DNA of 63,290 bases, taken from Chloroflexota bacterium. GTDB lineage: Bacteria > Chloroflexota > Dehalococcoidia > Dehalococcoidales > UBA5760. The stretch lies in NCBI GenBank assembly GCA_015222205.1, contig JADFUW010000027.1:1-63290 (forward strand), given 5' to 3'. Below the pieces are notes generated by a model. The model did no database searches, was not told the DNA's origin, and saw only the letters and a list, made by a program, of their open reading frames with translations. A program made the translations under genes and the position numbers. Of the stretch, positions 36,294 through 47,516 are shown piece after piece (position 1 is the stretch's first letter; each line of letters opens with the position of its first letter).

Positions 36294-37331
36294 TCAAGAG
36301 GTTTGCCCTTTAGTAAAATGTTCCCAGCCTTGCCTGGGGAGCTTAAAAGGATTTCCCTGATGGTCGACCAGGGTTATCTTGCTTTCTTTGCCTACTATCT
36401 CACCGATTACTGTTATCGGGCACGGGGCTATCATTTTTATCCTGTCGATAATCTCGGCGCTTCCAGTAAACAGCAGTTCGTAGTCCTCTCCCCCTGATAG
36501 TGCCAGCTCCAGCGCCCTACCTCCGAAGTTAGCCCTGACATCAGGGTGGATGGGCACACAGTCAACATCTATTCGGGCACCAAGCTGGCTGGACTGGCAG
36601 ATGTGTTTCAGGTCTGAGGCCAGCCCATCACTAATATCTATCGCTGCCTTGACCCCGTGGTCTAAGAATAGCTGCCCTTCAGCTATCCGGGGGTAAGGGT
36701 GCAGAAAAGCCTGTTTAAGATGAGCGGTAGCTTCGGCATCAAATTGAAGCTTCCGTGTAAGCATCTCCCAGCCGGCACTAGCGGCGCCTAAATAACCGGT
36801 AACGGCTATTTTATCGCCGGCTCTGGCTCCGGAGCGAGTTAGAATGTTTTCATACTGACTTCGGGGGCTGCTTTGACTTCGGGCACTGCCTAGAACCGTG
36901 ATGTTAATCACAACCTGTGGTGCCCGGCTGGTATCGCCGCCGACTATAGCCACCCCGAACTGCTGCGCCAGCTCAATCATCCCCTGGTACAGGCTGGTAA
37001 CGCTGTCAACTTCAGTATCGTTGGGTAAGGCTAGTGATATTACAGCATATTGGGGCACGCCGCCCATGGCGGCAATATCACTTAAATTTATGGCCAGTGC
37101 TTTCCAGCCCAGCTCCTTCCAGGGGGTGATATCCAGAGAAAAGTGGACATCCTGAATGAAGGAGTCAACCGTAACCAGTTGAGTTAAGGACTTGCTGTGC
37201 CAGGCGGCGGCATCATCACCAATACCAATTATGAGTTGTTGCCAGGCAGGGATTTCTTTGTCCTGAGCCTGATAAGCCATTTCAGCCAGGAGGTCAATCA
37301 GTCCAAATTCGCCCAGCTCCGAGACCTTCAT
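36294..37331 (-). CDS. thiL: Thiamine-monophosphate kinase
   Basis: GEFGLI, GDDAA, NLSDIAAMGG, DISDGL and GGEDYEL motifs. Confidence 0.96.
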   Translation of the reverse strand: MKVSELGEFGLIDLLAEMAYQAQDKEIPAWQQLIIGIGDDAAAWHSKSLTQLVTVDSFIQDVHFSLDITPWKELGWKALAINLSDIAAMGGVPQYAVISLALPNDTEVDSVTSLYQGMIELAQQFGVAIVGGDTSRAPQVVINITVLGSARSQSSPRSQYENILTRSGARAGDKIAVTGYLGAASAGWEMLTRKLQFDAEATAHLKQAFLHPYPRIAEGQLFLDHGVKAAIDISDGLASDLKHICQSSQLGARIDVDCVPIHPDVRANFGGRALELALSGGEDYELLFTGSAEIIDRIKMIAPCPITVIGEIVGKESKITLVDHQGNPFKLPRQGWEHFTKGQTS

Positions 37332-37484
37332 GGCTAAAATTATAGCACGCCTATAGCTGGGTCACAACCAACCCCCTAATCTGTTAATAAAGGGCATTTA
37401 TCAAGGGGTATTTAAGAAGGACGAAATAGGGACTGGAAAGCCCTCTAGCCATATTGGCTAAAAGCTGTTATATTGTTTAGCAGG

Positions 37485-38219
37485 ATGCGTTACGCTATTA
37501 TTGCTGATATTCATGCTAATCTAGCTGCTTTTGCAGCCGTACTGACTGACATTAAGCACCGGGGAGGGGTGGAGGAGGTATGGTGTCTGGGAGATGTTGT
37601 CGGCTATGGCCCGGACCCTCACCAGTGTATTGAGCTTTTGTGTCAGTGTAATCATATCTGTATTGCTGGAAATCATGATTGGGCAGCCGTAGGCAAGGTT
37701 AATCTCTCTGAATTTAATCCCGATGCTGCAGCTGCTTGCCGCTGGACAGCCGAGCAGTTACGCTCGGAGGACAGGGGGTATCTGAAGAACTTGCCACTGG
37801 TTATTGAGAAGGAGGATTTTACTTTAGTGCATGGCAGCCCGAGGGAGCCTGTCTGGGAGTATCTGCTGTCAGTCAGCACGGCTAAGGAAAACTTTACCTA
37901 CTTTAGGTCGTCATATTGTCTGGTAGGTCATTCTCATGTGCCTTCAATATTCAAATATACTGAAACTGGGGCTTGTTCCTTTAGCCCGTTCTCAGCTAGT
38001 GTTGGGCTTGCCCTGGGTAAGAGCCGGCTAATTATTAATCCCGGTGCTGTCGGGCAGCCACGGGACGGTGACCCCAGGGCTAGTTATGCTATTTTTGATA
38101 GTGAGACCAGGATGGTTCGGCTCTATCGGGTTCCTTATGATATTAATGCCACTCAGCTTAAAATGGTAAAGCATAACCTGCCGGTGAGCCTGATGTCGCG
38201 CCTGAGCCATGGTGTGTGA
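37485..38219 (+). CDS. Calcineurin-like metallophosphoesterase
   Basis: DIHAN, GDVVGYG, GNHD, HGSP, GHSH and NPGAVGQPRD motifs. Confidence 0.92.
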   Translation: MRYAIIADIHANLAAFAAVLTDIKHRGGVEEVWCLGDVVGYGPDPHQCIELLCQCNHICIAGNHDWAAVGKVNLSEFNPDAAAACRWTAEQLRSEDRGYLKNLPLVIEKEDFTLVHGSPREPVWEYLLSVSTAKENFTYFRSSYCLVGHSHVPSIFKYTETGACSFSPFSASVGLALGKSRLIINPGAVGQPRDGDPRASYAIFDSETRMVRLYRVPYDINATQLKMVKHNLPVSLMSRLSHGV

Positions 38220-38318
38220 CCGACCCAAGCAAAGCCCTATCTCCCGTATGATTATTATCTACTTAGCTACTTTGGGAGGGGTTGAGGTAACAGAGAGGCA
38301 GCCTGCGGGAGGTGTTAC

Positions 38319-39203
38319 CTGAAGGCAGAATCACTTTTAACTCAGACCAAGCGGCTACTACGCCGTTTTGACCTCCGGGCGAGAAAAGGACTGGGGCAGC
38401 ACTTCCTCATTGATGAGGAGGTGCTTAAGCTGGTCGCTTCGTCTGCCGAGCTAATTCCCAGCGACATTGTTATAGAAGTAGGCTCTGGTCTTGGGGTATT
38501 AACCAGAGAGCTGGCTAGGCAGGCAGGCAGGCTTTTTGCCGTTGAACTGGACAGCAAATTAGCCGCCATTTTGAAAAAGAATCTGGCTTCTTTTAGCAAT
38601 GTTACCGTGATTAATGAGGATATTCTTAAGATTGACCCCGAAGCCGTGCTCCACGAAGAGCAGATGACATTCCCCACACCAGTTAGTAGCCCCTTTAGTT
38701 ATAAGATAGTAGCTAACCTTCCCTACTATATTACCTCTCCCGTTCTTCGTCATTTTTTAGAAGCCTCACTCAAGCCCCGGCTTATGGTAGTAATGGTGCA
38801 GAAGGAGGTCGCTGAGGCTATTGTGGCCGGTTCCGGTCAGATGAGTGTGCTGAGTGTTAGTGTGCAGTTTTATGGTCAGCCGGAAATAATTAGCTATGTG
38901 CCGGCGCGGTGCTTTTATCCGGCACCGGAGGTTGACTCGGCTATATTAAGGGTGATGGTGTATTCCAAACCAGCCGTAGATGTAAGCGAAGAAGACTTCT
39001 TTAGGCTGGTAAGGGCTGGTTTTACCGCCTCCCGTAAGCAGCTCTGTAACTCTTTAAGTCAGGGTCTTAAGCTACCCAAGGCTGAGGTCTTATCAATATT
39101 GGAACAGGCAGGGATAGTGCCCAAGCGCCGGGCGGAGACACTTACCCTTGAGGAGTGGGCAAACTTATGGCGGGTATTTACCCAGCTAGAGGAAGGGAGA
39201 TAG
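38319..39203 (+). CDS. rsmA: 16S rRNA m62A1518/1519 dimethyltransferase (probable CTG start)
   Basis: RARKGLGQHFL lies upstream of the ORF-track start; EVGSGLG, ANLPYYIT and RRAETL motifs. Confidence 0.95.
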   Translation: MKAESLLTQTKRLLRRFDLRARKGLGQHFLIDEEVLKLVASSAELIPSDIVIEVGSGLGVLTRELARQAGRLFAVELDSKLAAILKKNLASFSNVTVINEDILKIDPEAVLHEEQMTFPTPVSSPFSYKIVANLPYYITSPVLRHFLEASLKPRLMVVMVQKEVAEAIVAGSGQMSVLSVSVQFYGQPEIISYVPARCFYPAPEVDSAILRVMVYSKPAVDVSEEDFFRLVRAGFTASRKQLCNSLSQGLKLPKAEVLSILEQAGIVPKRRAETLTLEEWANLWRVFTQLEEGR

Positions 39204-39204
39204 C

Positions 39205-40077
39205 ATGCTTAAAGTTCTAGCGCCGGCTAAGCTTAATCTGACCCTTGAGGTTCTGGCGAAACGCCCGGATGGTTTTCATGAAATCCGCAGTGTTGCCCAG
39301 ACCATAAATCTGTGTGACACCCTACATTTCCAGACGAGCCAGAATATTGAGTTTAGCTGTGCTGACCCTGATTGGACTTCAGGGGAGAGCCTGGTATCTA
39401 AAGCCGTAGATTTGCTACAGAAGTCCACAGAATGCTCTAAGGGGGCAGTAGTAGAGGTGAGTAAGCGTATTCCCTTGATTTCTGGGTTGAGTGGGGACAG
39501 CAGTGATGCGGCGGCTACCCTACAGGGGCTTAGCCAGCTTTGGGGACTGGGTTTATCGCAAAAAGAACTACTTGGGTTAGCCGCCCAGTTAGGTTCCGAT
39601 GTAGCCTTCTTTCTCTATGGCGGTACGGCTCTGCTTGAGGGCAGGGGTGAGATAGTAACCCCGCTACCGCCGTTTCCCCACCGGTGGGTTGTCTTGATGC
39701 TGCCGCCGGTGCCCCGGATGCCAGGCAAGACCGCCCGACTCTACGCCGGTGTCCGGGCTGAGCACTATACTGACGGGCAGATTACAGACAGGTTTGTTAC
39801 CCATCTAGCCGGGGATAGGGAAATGGCATCATATAGGTTGTTTAATGTGTTTGATAAGCTCGCCCCGGATATTTTTTCAGGGCTTGGGGCATATTGGCAG
39901 GAGTTCTTGAAGGCTGGCGCCCATGAGGTTTATCTGGCTGGCTCGGGGCCGGTTCTGTTTACTCTAGTAAAAGACAGGGCTGAGGCGGAGAAGATATACG
40001 GGAATCTCCAAGAGCAGGGGCTTGAGTCTTACCTGACTGAGACATTAGCGGGTAGTGATATGGATAAACTAGAATGA
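39205..40077 (+). CDS. ispE: 4-diphosphocytidyl-2-C-methyl-D-erythritol kinase
   Basis: APAKLNLTL, GFHEI, KRIP..SGLSGDSSDAA and GSDVAFF motifs. Confidence 0.93.
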   Translation: MLKVLAPAKLNLTLEVLAKRPDGFHEIRSVAQTINLCDTLHFQTSQNIEFSCADPDWTSGESLVSKAVDLLQKSTECSKGAVVEVSKRIPLISGLSGDSSDAAATLQGLSQLWGLGLSQKELLGLAAQLGSDVAFFLYGGTALLEGRGEIVTPLPPFPHRWVVLMLPPVPRMPGKTARLYAGVRAEHYTDGQITDRFVTHLAGDREMASYRLFNVFDKLAPDIFSGLGAYWQEFLKAGAHEVYLAGSGPVLFTLVKDRAEAEKIYGNLQEQGLESYLTETLAGSDMDKLE

Positions 40078-40127
40078 AATGCCCTGTATGCGGTGCACCC
40101 CGCAGTATGTTTAAGCGGGTGGAGTAG
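40074..40127 (+). other. 17-aa micro-ORF or remnant encoding a rubredoxin-type half site (MKCPVCGAPRSMFKRVE)
   Basis: Manual translation; ATGA overlap with the ispE stop codon. Confidence 0.5.
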
Positions 40128-40167
40128 GGAGACAGTTAAAACGCTGGAATCTTTTCTCACTTGAACA

Positions 40168-40752
40168 TTAGCTGTTGAACAGATTAATAAGAGCTATAAT
40201 CAACGAGGCTAACCATAGCGTACCAAAGATGGCTGGGATACACTTTTTGGATGCGTGTTCGGCTAGGGAGCGAGATAGCATTCCCCAACGGCCTGAGGCC
40301 GTGCTTTCATATGTCCATATATTTTTATCGTTTTGTTTCCACTTCCTGTCTTTTGCTAGGAAGTCAGTTCTGTCAGTGTAAGGGGCAAATTTTTTGTCTT
40401 TCATGTAGGTAAACTCTGGGCTTTCCCTTTCCATATTCTCCTGAGAGTGCCAAAGGAACTCTAAGCGTTCAATAGAACCTCGGGCAAGGGAGTAGAAAAC
40501 AAGAGTTAGGAAAATGCCTAAAGACGACAGGATAATGCTAAGTGGCTTAGCCAATATTAGTGATAGTGTGGTCGAAGACTGATTCAACATGACGAAGGCT
40601 AAGAACAAAATTGAACTGGCTGCTAGGAATATGGTGGTTCTTTCTGTGAGTAAGCGGTTTTCGTCTATAGTACGCTGCATAAGAATATCGTAAGCTTCAA
40701 CAGGGCCTATATTTTTCATTTCTCTAGTCTCTTTAGCTGGCTTTTCTGACAT
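40168..40752 (-). CDS. Hypothetical membrane protein (three TMs)
   Basis: Open frame with AAGGAG SD and hydrophobic helices; no family recognised. Confidence 0.65.
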   Translation of the reverse strand: MSEKPAKETREMKNIGPVEAYDILMQRTIDENRLLTERTTIFLAASSILFLAFVMLNQSSTTLSLILAKPLSIILSSLGIFLTLVFYSLARGSIERLEFLWHSQENMERESPEFTYMKDKKFAPYTDRTDFLAKDRKWKQNDKNIWTYESTASGRWGMLSRSLAEHASKKCIPAIFGTLWLASLIIALINLFNS

Positions 40753-40786
40753 ATCGGTCTCCTTGTAAGCCCTCGCTATCTAGTCG

Positions 40787-42046
40787 CTATTCTTTATTAT
40801 CTACCCACCCCTTGACTAGCTCCTCCTCATCCTGTTTACTGGTTACTTTTCCATTCAGCCTGGCTTCGTATAGGCGTTCTAGGATTTCTTTAATCTGGGG
40901 GCCGGGGGCAATACCCAGTCTGATTAGGTCATTGCCATTCAGGGCTGGCTTGACATAATGTAACTCGTGAAGAAAGGTTTCCAGGTGCTGGTGGGCTATG
41001 GGAGAGGTGGTGGTTAATGAATTGGCTATGATGGCTGAGGGTGAAAAACCGTGAAGGAGTCGGTAGATATTGCTGTGGCTGAGCTCAGGGTAAGTCAGTA
41101 TCTCGAGTTTGGCTTTGATGGCACTACTATCTCGCAATGCTTGGGCTACTGTCTTTGGTAACCTGAGATATGAAATCAGTTGCTCACTTTCTTCAGTACT
41201 CAGGTGGTAAGTCCACAGTGCCATATAGAGCCCGAAGGGGGGCAGGTTTGGTGAAGTCTGCTTCCGGGCGGCCTTAAATTTATCTTCAAGCCAGCTGTTA
41301 CCCTTGAGTGACGGGTGCAGCTTGGAGAGAACACCGAGTTCCTCGGCACGGTGTAAGACCTTCTCCGGCTCTGGCTCCTGAAATACACATTCCAGCTCAT
41401 ACCGTATGCGGTCGCCACTAATAGTATCCAGCATTGTTAAATCTTGTTTAAGTAGCTTGAGGGTAGTCTCTTCCAGTTGGAAGTCCAGCCGTTGCTCGTA
41501 GCGAAGCCCGCGCCAGATACGGGTAGCATCATCGGTAAAGCTTTTTTTGTGCAGGATGCGGATGAGTTTTTGCTCAAGGTCTTTCCGTCCCTCATAAAGG
41601 TCAATGAGTTTACCGTAGCGGCGGGGGTTGAGATAGATAGCCATAGCATTGATGGTGAAATCACGACGGAAGAGGTCAGCCTTAATAGAGCTGGGTGTTA
41701 CGGTGGGTAGGGCACCGGGCTTGGCATAGGTTTCGGAGCGGGCAGTGGCAAAGTCAACACTCCAGTTATTCCACTTTAGTTTGGCGGTATTGAAGAGGGG
41801 ATGGGTAGTAATCTCCCCTGGCTTTATCTCGGCTAGCTTGCGGGCTAGCTCAATGGCATTTCCCTCGACCACCAGGTCAAGGTCAAAATTAGGTTTCCCC
41901 AGTAAGAGGTCACGAACTACACCGCCGACAAGGTATAGACTCTGTCCCTGACTGGCAGCAACCCTACCGGCTACCCACATAAAGTTAACCAGCTCCGCTG
42001 GTAGCTGCTTTTCAACTTTATTGGCTAAATTAGTAGTCTTTGTCAT
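40787..42046 (-). CDS. cca: Class II tRNA nucleotidyltransferase (CCA- or A-adding)
   Basis: LVGGVVRD, DLD, RRDFTINAM and SFTDDATR motifs. Confidence 0.9.
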   Translation of the reverse strand: MTKTTNLANKVEKQLPAELVNFMWVAGRVAASQGQSLYLVGGVVRDLLLGKPNFDLDLVVEGNAIELARKLAEIKPGEITTHPLFNTAKLKWNNWSVDFATARSETYAKPGALPTVTPSSIKADLFRRDFTINAMAIYLNPRRYGKLIDLYEGRKDLEQKLIRILHKKSFTDDATRIWRGLRYEQRLDFQLEETTLKLLKQDLTMLDTISGDRIRYELECVFQEPEPEKVLHRAEELGVLSKLHPSLKGNSWLEDKFKAARKQTSPNLPPFGLYMALWTYHLSTEESEQLISYLRLPKTVAQALRDSSAIKAKLEILTYPELSHSNIYRLLHGFSPSAIIANSLTTTSPIAHQHLETFLHELHYVKPALNGNDLIRLGIAPGPQIKEILERLYEARLNGKVTSKQDEEELVKGWVDNKE

Positions 42047-42129
42047 TTCCCGAATTATATCACAGGTTTACGGTGTATTCATTGCTATTTACCGGCTATT
42101 TTTCCTATAATGAAGCTCGTATAGTTATT

Positions 42130-42681
42130 ATGAAAAAAGTAGTCTCAATAGTAGGTATGGCGGGTGCGGGAAAGTCTGAGGTAGCCAGGGTGTTTGAAGA
42201 GAATGGCTTTACCCGGATACGATTTGGGGATGTTACCGATGAGGAGATAAAGAAGAGGGGCTTAGAGCTAAATGAGAAGAATGAGTGCCATATAAGGGAG
42301 CTCTTGAGACAAGAACATGGTATGGATGTATACGCTAGGCTGAACCTGCCCAGAATTGATTCATCCTTAGGGCACTCCCCTGTGGTAGTTGATGGGCTTT
42401 ACTCATGGGAGGAGTATACCCTGCTTAAGGATTACTATGGAGAGTGCTTTTACATGGTTGCTGTTTGGGCCTCACCTGGAACTAGGCATGCCCGGCTGAG
42501 CTATCGGGTAAACCGGCGCCTGACACCAGAAGAGGCTGTCAGCCGGGACAGGGAAGAGATAGAGGATATCAATAAGGGTGGGCCCATCGCTATGGCTGAC
42601 TTCACCATTATAAACGAGTCTTCCCTAGAAAACCTGGTGACGGAGACAAAGAAGATTGTCTTGGAACTAACTGGGGGCTAA
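42130..42681 (+). CDS. P-loop kinase, dephospho-CoA kinase/UPF0200-like
   Basis: VGMAGAGKS, VVVDG and IAMADFTIINE motifs. Confidence 0.75.
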   Translation: MKKVVSIVGMAGAGKSEVARVFEENGFTRIRFGDVTDEEIKKRGLELNEKNECHIRELLRQEHGMDVYARLNLPRIDSSLGHSPVVVDGLYSWEEYTLLKDYYGECFYMVAVWASPGTRHARLSYRVNRRLTPEEAVSRDREEIEDINKGGPIAMADFTIINESSLENLVTETKKIVLELTGG

Positions 42682-42712
42682 GAATAAGGGGAGTTGTTCT
42701 GTAATTAATAAG

Positions 42713-43195
42713 ATGAAAATGTCAGCTAGGCCGGGTATAGAAGAGTATTTTTTGAAGATAGCCTCGGTAGTTGCCGAACGCTCAACCTGTCGCCGGCATC
42801 ATGTTGGTGCTGTGGCGGTGAGGGATAAACACATACTGGCCACAGGCTATAATGGGGCTGCTTCTGGTCTTAAGGACTGCCTTGAGCTTGGCTGCCTCAG
42901 GGACGAGATGAATATACCGTCGGGGACACGGCACGAAATATGTCGGGGTATTCATGCCGAGCAGAATGTAATCATACAGGCTGGTCTGCATGGTGTCAGC
43001 CTTGAGGGGAGCACTATTTACTGCACCCATACGCCGTGCGTGCTGTGTGCCAAGATGCTGGTAAATGCCAGGATAAAACGGTATGTTAGTTTTGGTCGGT
43101 ATAACGATAAAGGGTTTATCAGCCTATTTAAGGAAGCCGGCATAGAGGTTGACATAAAGAAAAAGCCGCCATCCCGGATAAGCTATCTAGATTAG
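42713..43195 (+). CDS. dCMP deaminase (ComEB family)
   Basis: RSTC.R..VGA, TGYNG, HAEQN and PCVLC motifs. Confidence 0.93.
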   Translation: MKMSARPGIEEYFLKIASVVAERSTCRRHHVGAVAVRDKHILATGYNGAASGLKDCLELGCLRDEMNIPSGTRHEICRGIHAEQNVIIQAGLHGVSLEGSTIYCTHTPCVLCAKMLVNARIKRYVSFGRYNDKGFISLFKEAGIEVDIKKKPPSRISYLD

Positions 43196-44085
43196 TGTTC
43201 TGGTGGTGGCTTCTGTAGCGTGTCTATGAGTTTATACATATCTTCGTAAGCGCTACTAAAATCAGGATTAACCTTATTAAATTTGTCTTTCAGTACCCTC
43301 ATTTTCTGGGCGAATTCCGGTTGGTCTTTGCTTTCGACTAAGTCGGCCCAGGTTCTTACTTTTTCCTGGAACGACCTTTCGATTTCTGCCAGTTTCGGTA
43401 GATTTGTCTGTAAGGAGGCATAAAGTTCAGGGTCTTCAGTAATAACACTTTCTGTCAGGGTTACCAGCAGTTTGAAGGTGACACCACTGACTACGTCCAT
43501 CTGTTTTAACCTGTCAAAGCTAAGCAGGGTATCGGCGGAGACTATAGCAATGAAGTGGGATAGCCCCAGAACGACGGCCATGGTTTCATCGTGTTCGTTG
43601 GGACTCATTAAGATAGCTCTAGCCCCTCTGGTTTCTAGGTACTTCTTGACTCTTTGGGCTAAGGCTGTCTCTGTGTCATTAGTTGGTGTTAGGACAAAGC
43701 TTCGGTTAGCAATATCTTTAGCCCCGGGACCAAATAGGGGGTGTGCGCCAAGCACTACCCCTGCTTTTATATGTTTGTGCATGGCTGCTACGGGGGATGC
43801 TTTGATGGAGGTAATGTCTATGATGACCTGCTCAGGGCGGGTGTAAGGTCCAATCTGCTCTACAACCGCCTCAAAATTATCTATTGGTACTGATATTAAG
43901 ATAACCTGGGCATTCTCAACCGCTTCTATATTATCAGTGGTGGCTGTAATTCCTAGTCGCCGCTTGGCCTCCAGCAACTTGCCTTCGTTTCTACCGGTGA
44001 TTATTACCTCACGACCCTCTTTCAGTAGAAAACGGGTAAGCCAGCGCCCCATATTTCCTGAGCCACCAATTATTGCTACTCTCAC
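43192..44085 (-). CDS. tyrA: Prephenate dehydrogenase
   Basis: GGSGNMG, DITSIK, HPLFGP and HDETMA motifs. Confidence 0.93.
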   Translation of the reverse strand: MRVAIIGGSGNMGRWLTRFLLKEGREVIITGRNEGKLLEAKRRLGITATTDNIEAVENAQVILISVPIDNFEAVVEQIGPYTRPEQVIIDITSIKASPVAAMHKHIKAGVVLGAHPLFGPGAKDIANRSFVLTPTNDTETALAQRVKKYLETRGARAILMSPNEHDETMAVVLGLSHFIAIVSADTLLSFDRLKQMDVVSGVTFKLLVTLTESVITEDPELYASLQTNLPKLAEIERSFQEKVRTWADLVESKDQPEFAQKMRVLKDKFNKVNPDFSSAYEDMYKLIDTLQKPPPEH

Positions 44086-44105
44086 GATTACCTCATAGCT
44101 TTGCT

Positions 44106-45173
44106 TTATTTTGCCTTAGGATAAGAACCCAGGATTTTCAGAAAACGTGCCTTTGTTTCTAAACTGGCTAGAACATCTCGTGATACCTTATCTTCTCGGT
44201 GGCCTTCGAAGTCAAGGTAAAAGTTATAGTCCCAGGCCTTTTGCCTTGTTGGTCGGGATTCAATCTTGGTCAGGTTAATGTCTCTAGTAGCAAATTCTTT
44301 CAGGAAATCATAAAGTGCCCTTGGTTTATGTTTTACTGAGAAAACTATGGAGGTTTTGTCGTTCCCTGACGGTGGGCAGTCCTCCTTGGACAGAATAAAG
44401 AATCTGGTAAAATTATTCGGGTTATCTTCTATTTCACAGGTAATCGTCTTCATCTTATAGATTTCTGCCGCCCGGCTACTAGCAATGGCGCCGCCATCGG
44501 TCATCTGTTTTTCCTTTATCATCCTTACACTGCCGGCAGTATCGGTGGTAGGGATTAATTCACAGCCCAGGTGCTTTAAGAAGGTTTTGCATTGCCCCAG
44601 GGCTTGAGGGTGGGAATAAATCCTTTTGATAGCGTCCAGCCGCGTGGTGGGATTGGTTATCAGGCAGTGGGCGATTCGGAGTTCTATTTCACCACATACC
44701 TTAAGACTTGAGTCTAAAAGCAGGTCGTATGACTGGCCTACGGTACCCTCCAGTGAGTTCTCTACCGGTACGATGCCAAACTGGACATCATCTTGCTCTA
44801 CGACCTTGAAGACCTCTTCCAGGGTTTCCTGGGGCTTAGTTATTACTAGATGCCCAAAAAACTGAAGAGCCGCCCCTTCGCTATAGGCACCAAATTCTCC
44901 TTGAAAAGCAACCTCAGCACCCTGTGTCCTTCGGCACTCCCTCATTATTTGTTCGTAGATGCTCTCGATAGCTTCTTGTTCTATGTTTTCGTTCTGGGCA
45001 ATGCGTTTGATATGGTCTAAGACCCTTTTTTCCCTGGCGGTATCGTTAATTTGTTTGCCCTGTACCCGTTTCTCCTCACCGATTTCACTAGCAATCTTTA
45101 ACCGCTCACCGATTAGCCTAACAATCTCGGCATCGGTGACATCTATTTTCTTCCTTAAATCATCCAGGCTCAT
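44106..45173 (-). CDS. pheA: Chorismate mutase / prephenate dehydratase
   Basis: AroQ N-terminus, [19 protein letters not shown] and ACT domain IESRP. Confidence 0.96.
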   Translation of the reverse strand: MSLDDLRKKIDVTDAEIVRLIGERLKIASEIGEEKRVQGKQINDTAREKRVLDHIKRIAQNENIEQEAIESIYEQIMRECRRTQGAEVAFQGEFGAYSEGAALQFFGHLVITKPQETLEEVFKVVEQDDVQFGIVPVENSLEGTVGQSYDLLLDSSLKVCGEIELRIAHCLITNPTTRLDAIKRIYSHPQALGQCKTFLKHLGCELIPTTDTAGSVRMIKEKQMTDGGAIASSRAAEIYKMKTITCEIEDNPNNFTRFFILSKEDCPPSGNDKTSIVFSVKHKPRALYDFLKEFATRDINLTKIESRPTRQKAWDYNFYLDFEGHREDKVSRDVLASLETKARFLKILGSYPKAK

Positions 45174-46261
45174 TTTATCACCCTTAGAATTAGTCCCGCC
45201 CTCATGGCTAAATCACACAGGGTTATGGCTATCATTGATTCAACGACCACCACTGCCCGGGGTACAATGCAAATATCATGTCTTCCCTTGATGCTCAAGC
45301 TGGTATTCTCCATATCTTTGATATTCACCGTGGGCTGGTTTTTGGCTATAGATGGGGTTGGCTTAATAGCTACCCTGAGTATTATCGGCATGCCGTTACT
45401 TATGCCACCGAGAATGCCGCCGGAGTTGTTGGTTGTGGTGATTATCTTGCCATTTTTGAGGGCGAACGGGTCATTGTTCTCGGAGCCTTTTTTGCTGGCG
45501 GCGGAGAAACCGGAGCCGAACTCAACCCCCTTGACAGCGGGGATAGCCAAAAGGGCTTTAGCCAGCTCGCCATCCAGTGTATCAAATATTGGCTCTCCCA
45601 GACCAGCGGGTACATTAAGGGCTATACCTTCAATAATGCCACCGAGGCTATCCCCCTCCTTCTTAGCCTCCTCAATGGCTCTAGCCATCTCTTCGGCAGC
45701 CTCAGGGTCAGCGCAGTTTAACGAATTCTTACCCGTATTCTCTCTAATCTCGTCAAATTTCTCTGGTTTGGCGGTTATTCCCCCTATCTGGATAGTATGA
45801 GCCAGAACCTCAACACCAGCGAGGCCCAGGATTTTTCTGGCAATAGCCCCACCCATCACCAGAGTGGCGGTAATTCTTCCGGAGAATCTACCCCCGCCCC
45901 GGAAGTCGTTAAACCCCCCGTACTTCATAAAGGCGGTGTAGTCAGCCTGACCCGGCCTCGGCAGAAATCTATTTTTTTCATACTCGCTTGAGTCTATATC
46001 CTGGTTCCATACCATGAGGCAAATAGGGGCCCCGGTAGTGATACCGTTAAAGATGCCGGAAAGAATCTCTACCTTATCTGCCTCTGCCCTTGTGGTTACC
46101 GCTATACTTTTCCCTGGTCTTCTCCTATCTAGGTCTCTTTGGATATCCTCCTCAGTGATGGCTAGACCAGCAGGGCAGCCATCAATGATGGCACCCACAC
46201 ACCTACCGTGGCTTTCGCCAAAGCTGGTTATAGTAAAAAGCTTACCCAGACTATTCGCCAT
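45170..46261 (-). CDS. aroC: Chorismate synthase
   Basis: [25 protein letters not shown] and GRHD motifs. Confidence 0.97.
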   Translation of the reverse strand: MANSLGKLFTITSFGESHGRCVGAIIDGCPAGLAITEEDIQRDLDRRRPGKSIAVTTRAEADKVEILSGIFNGITTGAPICLMVWNQDIDSSEYEKNRFLPRPGQADYTAFMKYGGFNDFRGGGRFSGRITATLVMGGAIARKILGLAGVEVLAHTIQIGGITAKPEKFDEIRENTGKNSLNCADPEAAEEMARAIEEAKKEGDSLGGIIEGIALNVPAGLGEPIFDTLDGELAKALLAIPAVKGVEFGSGFSAASKKGSENNDPFALKNGKIITTTNNSGGILGGISNGMPIILRVAIKPTPSIAKNQPTVNIKDMENTSLSIKGRHDICIVPRAVVVVESMIAITLCDLAMRAGLILRVIK

Positions 46262-47516
46262 CTACCTTCACCTCGCCGCCGATGCTTCTTAGTATCTTCC
46301 AGAAGTCGGGGAATGTCTTAGAGACACAGTCCGCTTGATTTATTACCGTTTCCCCGGTAGCCGTGCCCAGTACACCGAAAGCCATGGCAATCCGGTGGTC
46401 ATTTCTGGGGTCTATCACAGCCCCTCTCGGTCTTGAGCCGGTGATGAGCAGTCTATTTCTTTCCTCCTGGACCTTTATGCCCATTCTTTCCAAGCCTTCC
46501 CGTAAGGCTGAAACCCGGTTTGATTCCTTTATTCGGGCTCTATCTATCCCGGTAAACTCACTTGTGCCGTCGGCTACGGCCGCCAGAATAGCCACGGTCG
46601 GCAACAGGTCAATGTAGTCAGCCATATCAACCTTTATAGCCCTTAGTTCTGATTTTCTCACGGTTACCGCATTTTTGTCTATACTAACTTGCGCCCCCAT
46701 ATCTGTTAAGAAACTTAATATAATCTTATCACCCTGTAAGCTTTCTGGATTCAGGTTGTCTAGCTGCATCCACCCTGATAGCGCCCCTAGAGCCAAAAGA
46801 TATGAGGCTGAGGACCAGTCCCCCTCTACCAGGTACTTCGCCGGGGTATAGCTTTGTAGTGATATATTAAATTCCCTTAAATCCGGGGAGGTTTCTACCT
46901 TTATGCCGAACTTGCTAAGACAGTCTAGGGTCATCAGTATGAAGGGCTTTGACTCCGGTGGTGTCGTCAGTCTGATTTTAACCCCCAGCTCGGCTAGCGG
47001 GGACACGAGTAGTAGTGCCGAGACGAACTGGGAGCTTATGTTGCCGGCTAGCTCGGTTGTTCCGCCTTTCAATCTACCTCCGTGAACTATTACCGGGGCT
47101 ACCTCGCCCTGAGAGGAGCAATCTACCCCCAGTTGCCTCAGTGCCTCTAGCAATGGTTTGATTGGCCTCTGGGATAGGGAGGGGCCGGGGACTAATCGGC
47201 ATCTCCCGGGGACTTGCGAACAGATAGCCGTCATGAATCTCAAGGTGGCTGCCGAATCACCACAGAACAGGTCTATAGTTGGCTCACAGAAATTGCCTCC
47301 CAAGACCTTCCACGAATCCTCTTCCTGCTGGATATCTGCCCCGATCTTGCGTAACACATTCAGGGCAGCTTCGGTATCATCTGAGCTTAAAGGACGAACA
47401 ATTTCACTCTCGCCCTTAGCCAGGGCAGCACACATGAGTCCCCGAATGGTATAGCTCTTTGACGCCGGGGCAAAGGCCCTTCCCTCTATCTCGCTTTTAT
47501 TGATTAAGGCCTTCAT
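46251..47516 (-). CDS. aroA: EPSP synthase
   Basis: [21 protein letters not shown] and DHRIAMA motifs. Confidence 0.96.
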   Translation of the reverse strand: MKALINKSEIEGRAFAPASKSYTIRGLMCAALAKGESEIVRPLSSDDTEAALNVLRKIGADIQQEEDSWKVLGGNFCEPTIDLFCGDSAATLRFMTAICSQVPGRCRLVPGPSLSQRPIKPLLEALRQLGVDCSSQGEVAPVIVHGGRLKGGTTELAGNISSQFVSALLLVSPLAELGVKIRLTTPPESKPFILMTLDCLSKFGIKVETSPDLREFNISLQSYTPAKYLVEGDWSSASYLLALGALSGWMQLDNLNPESLQGDKIILSFLTDMGAQVSIDKNAVTVRKSELRAIKVDMADYIDLLPTVAILAAVADGTSEFTGIDRARIKESNRVSALREGLERMGIKVQEERNRLLITGSRPRGAVIDPRNDHRIAMAFGVLGTATGETVINQADCVSKTFPDFWKILRSIGGEVKVDGE

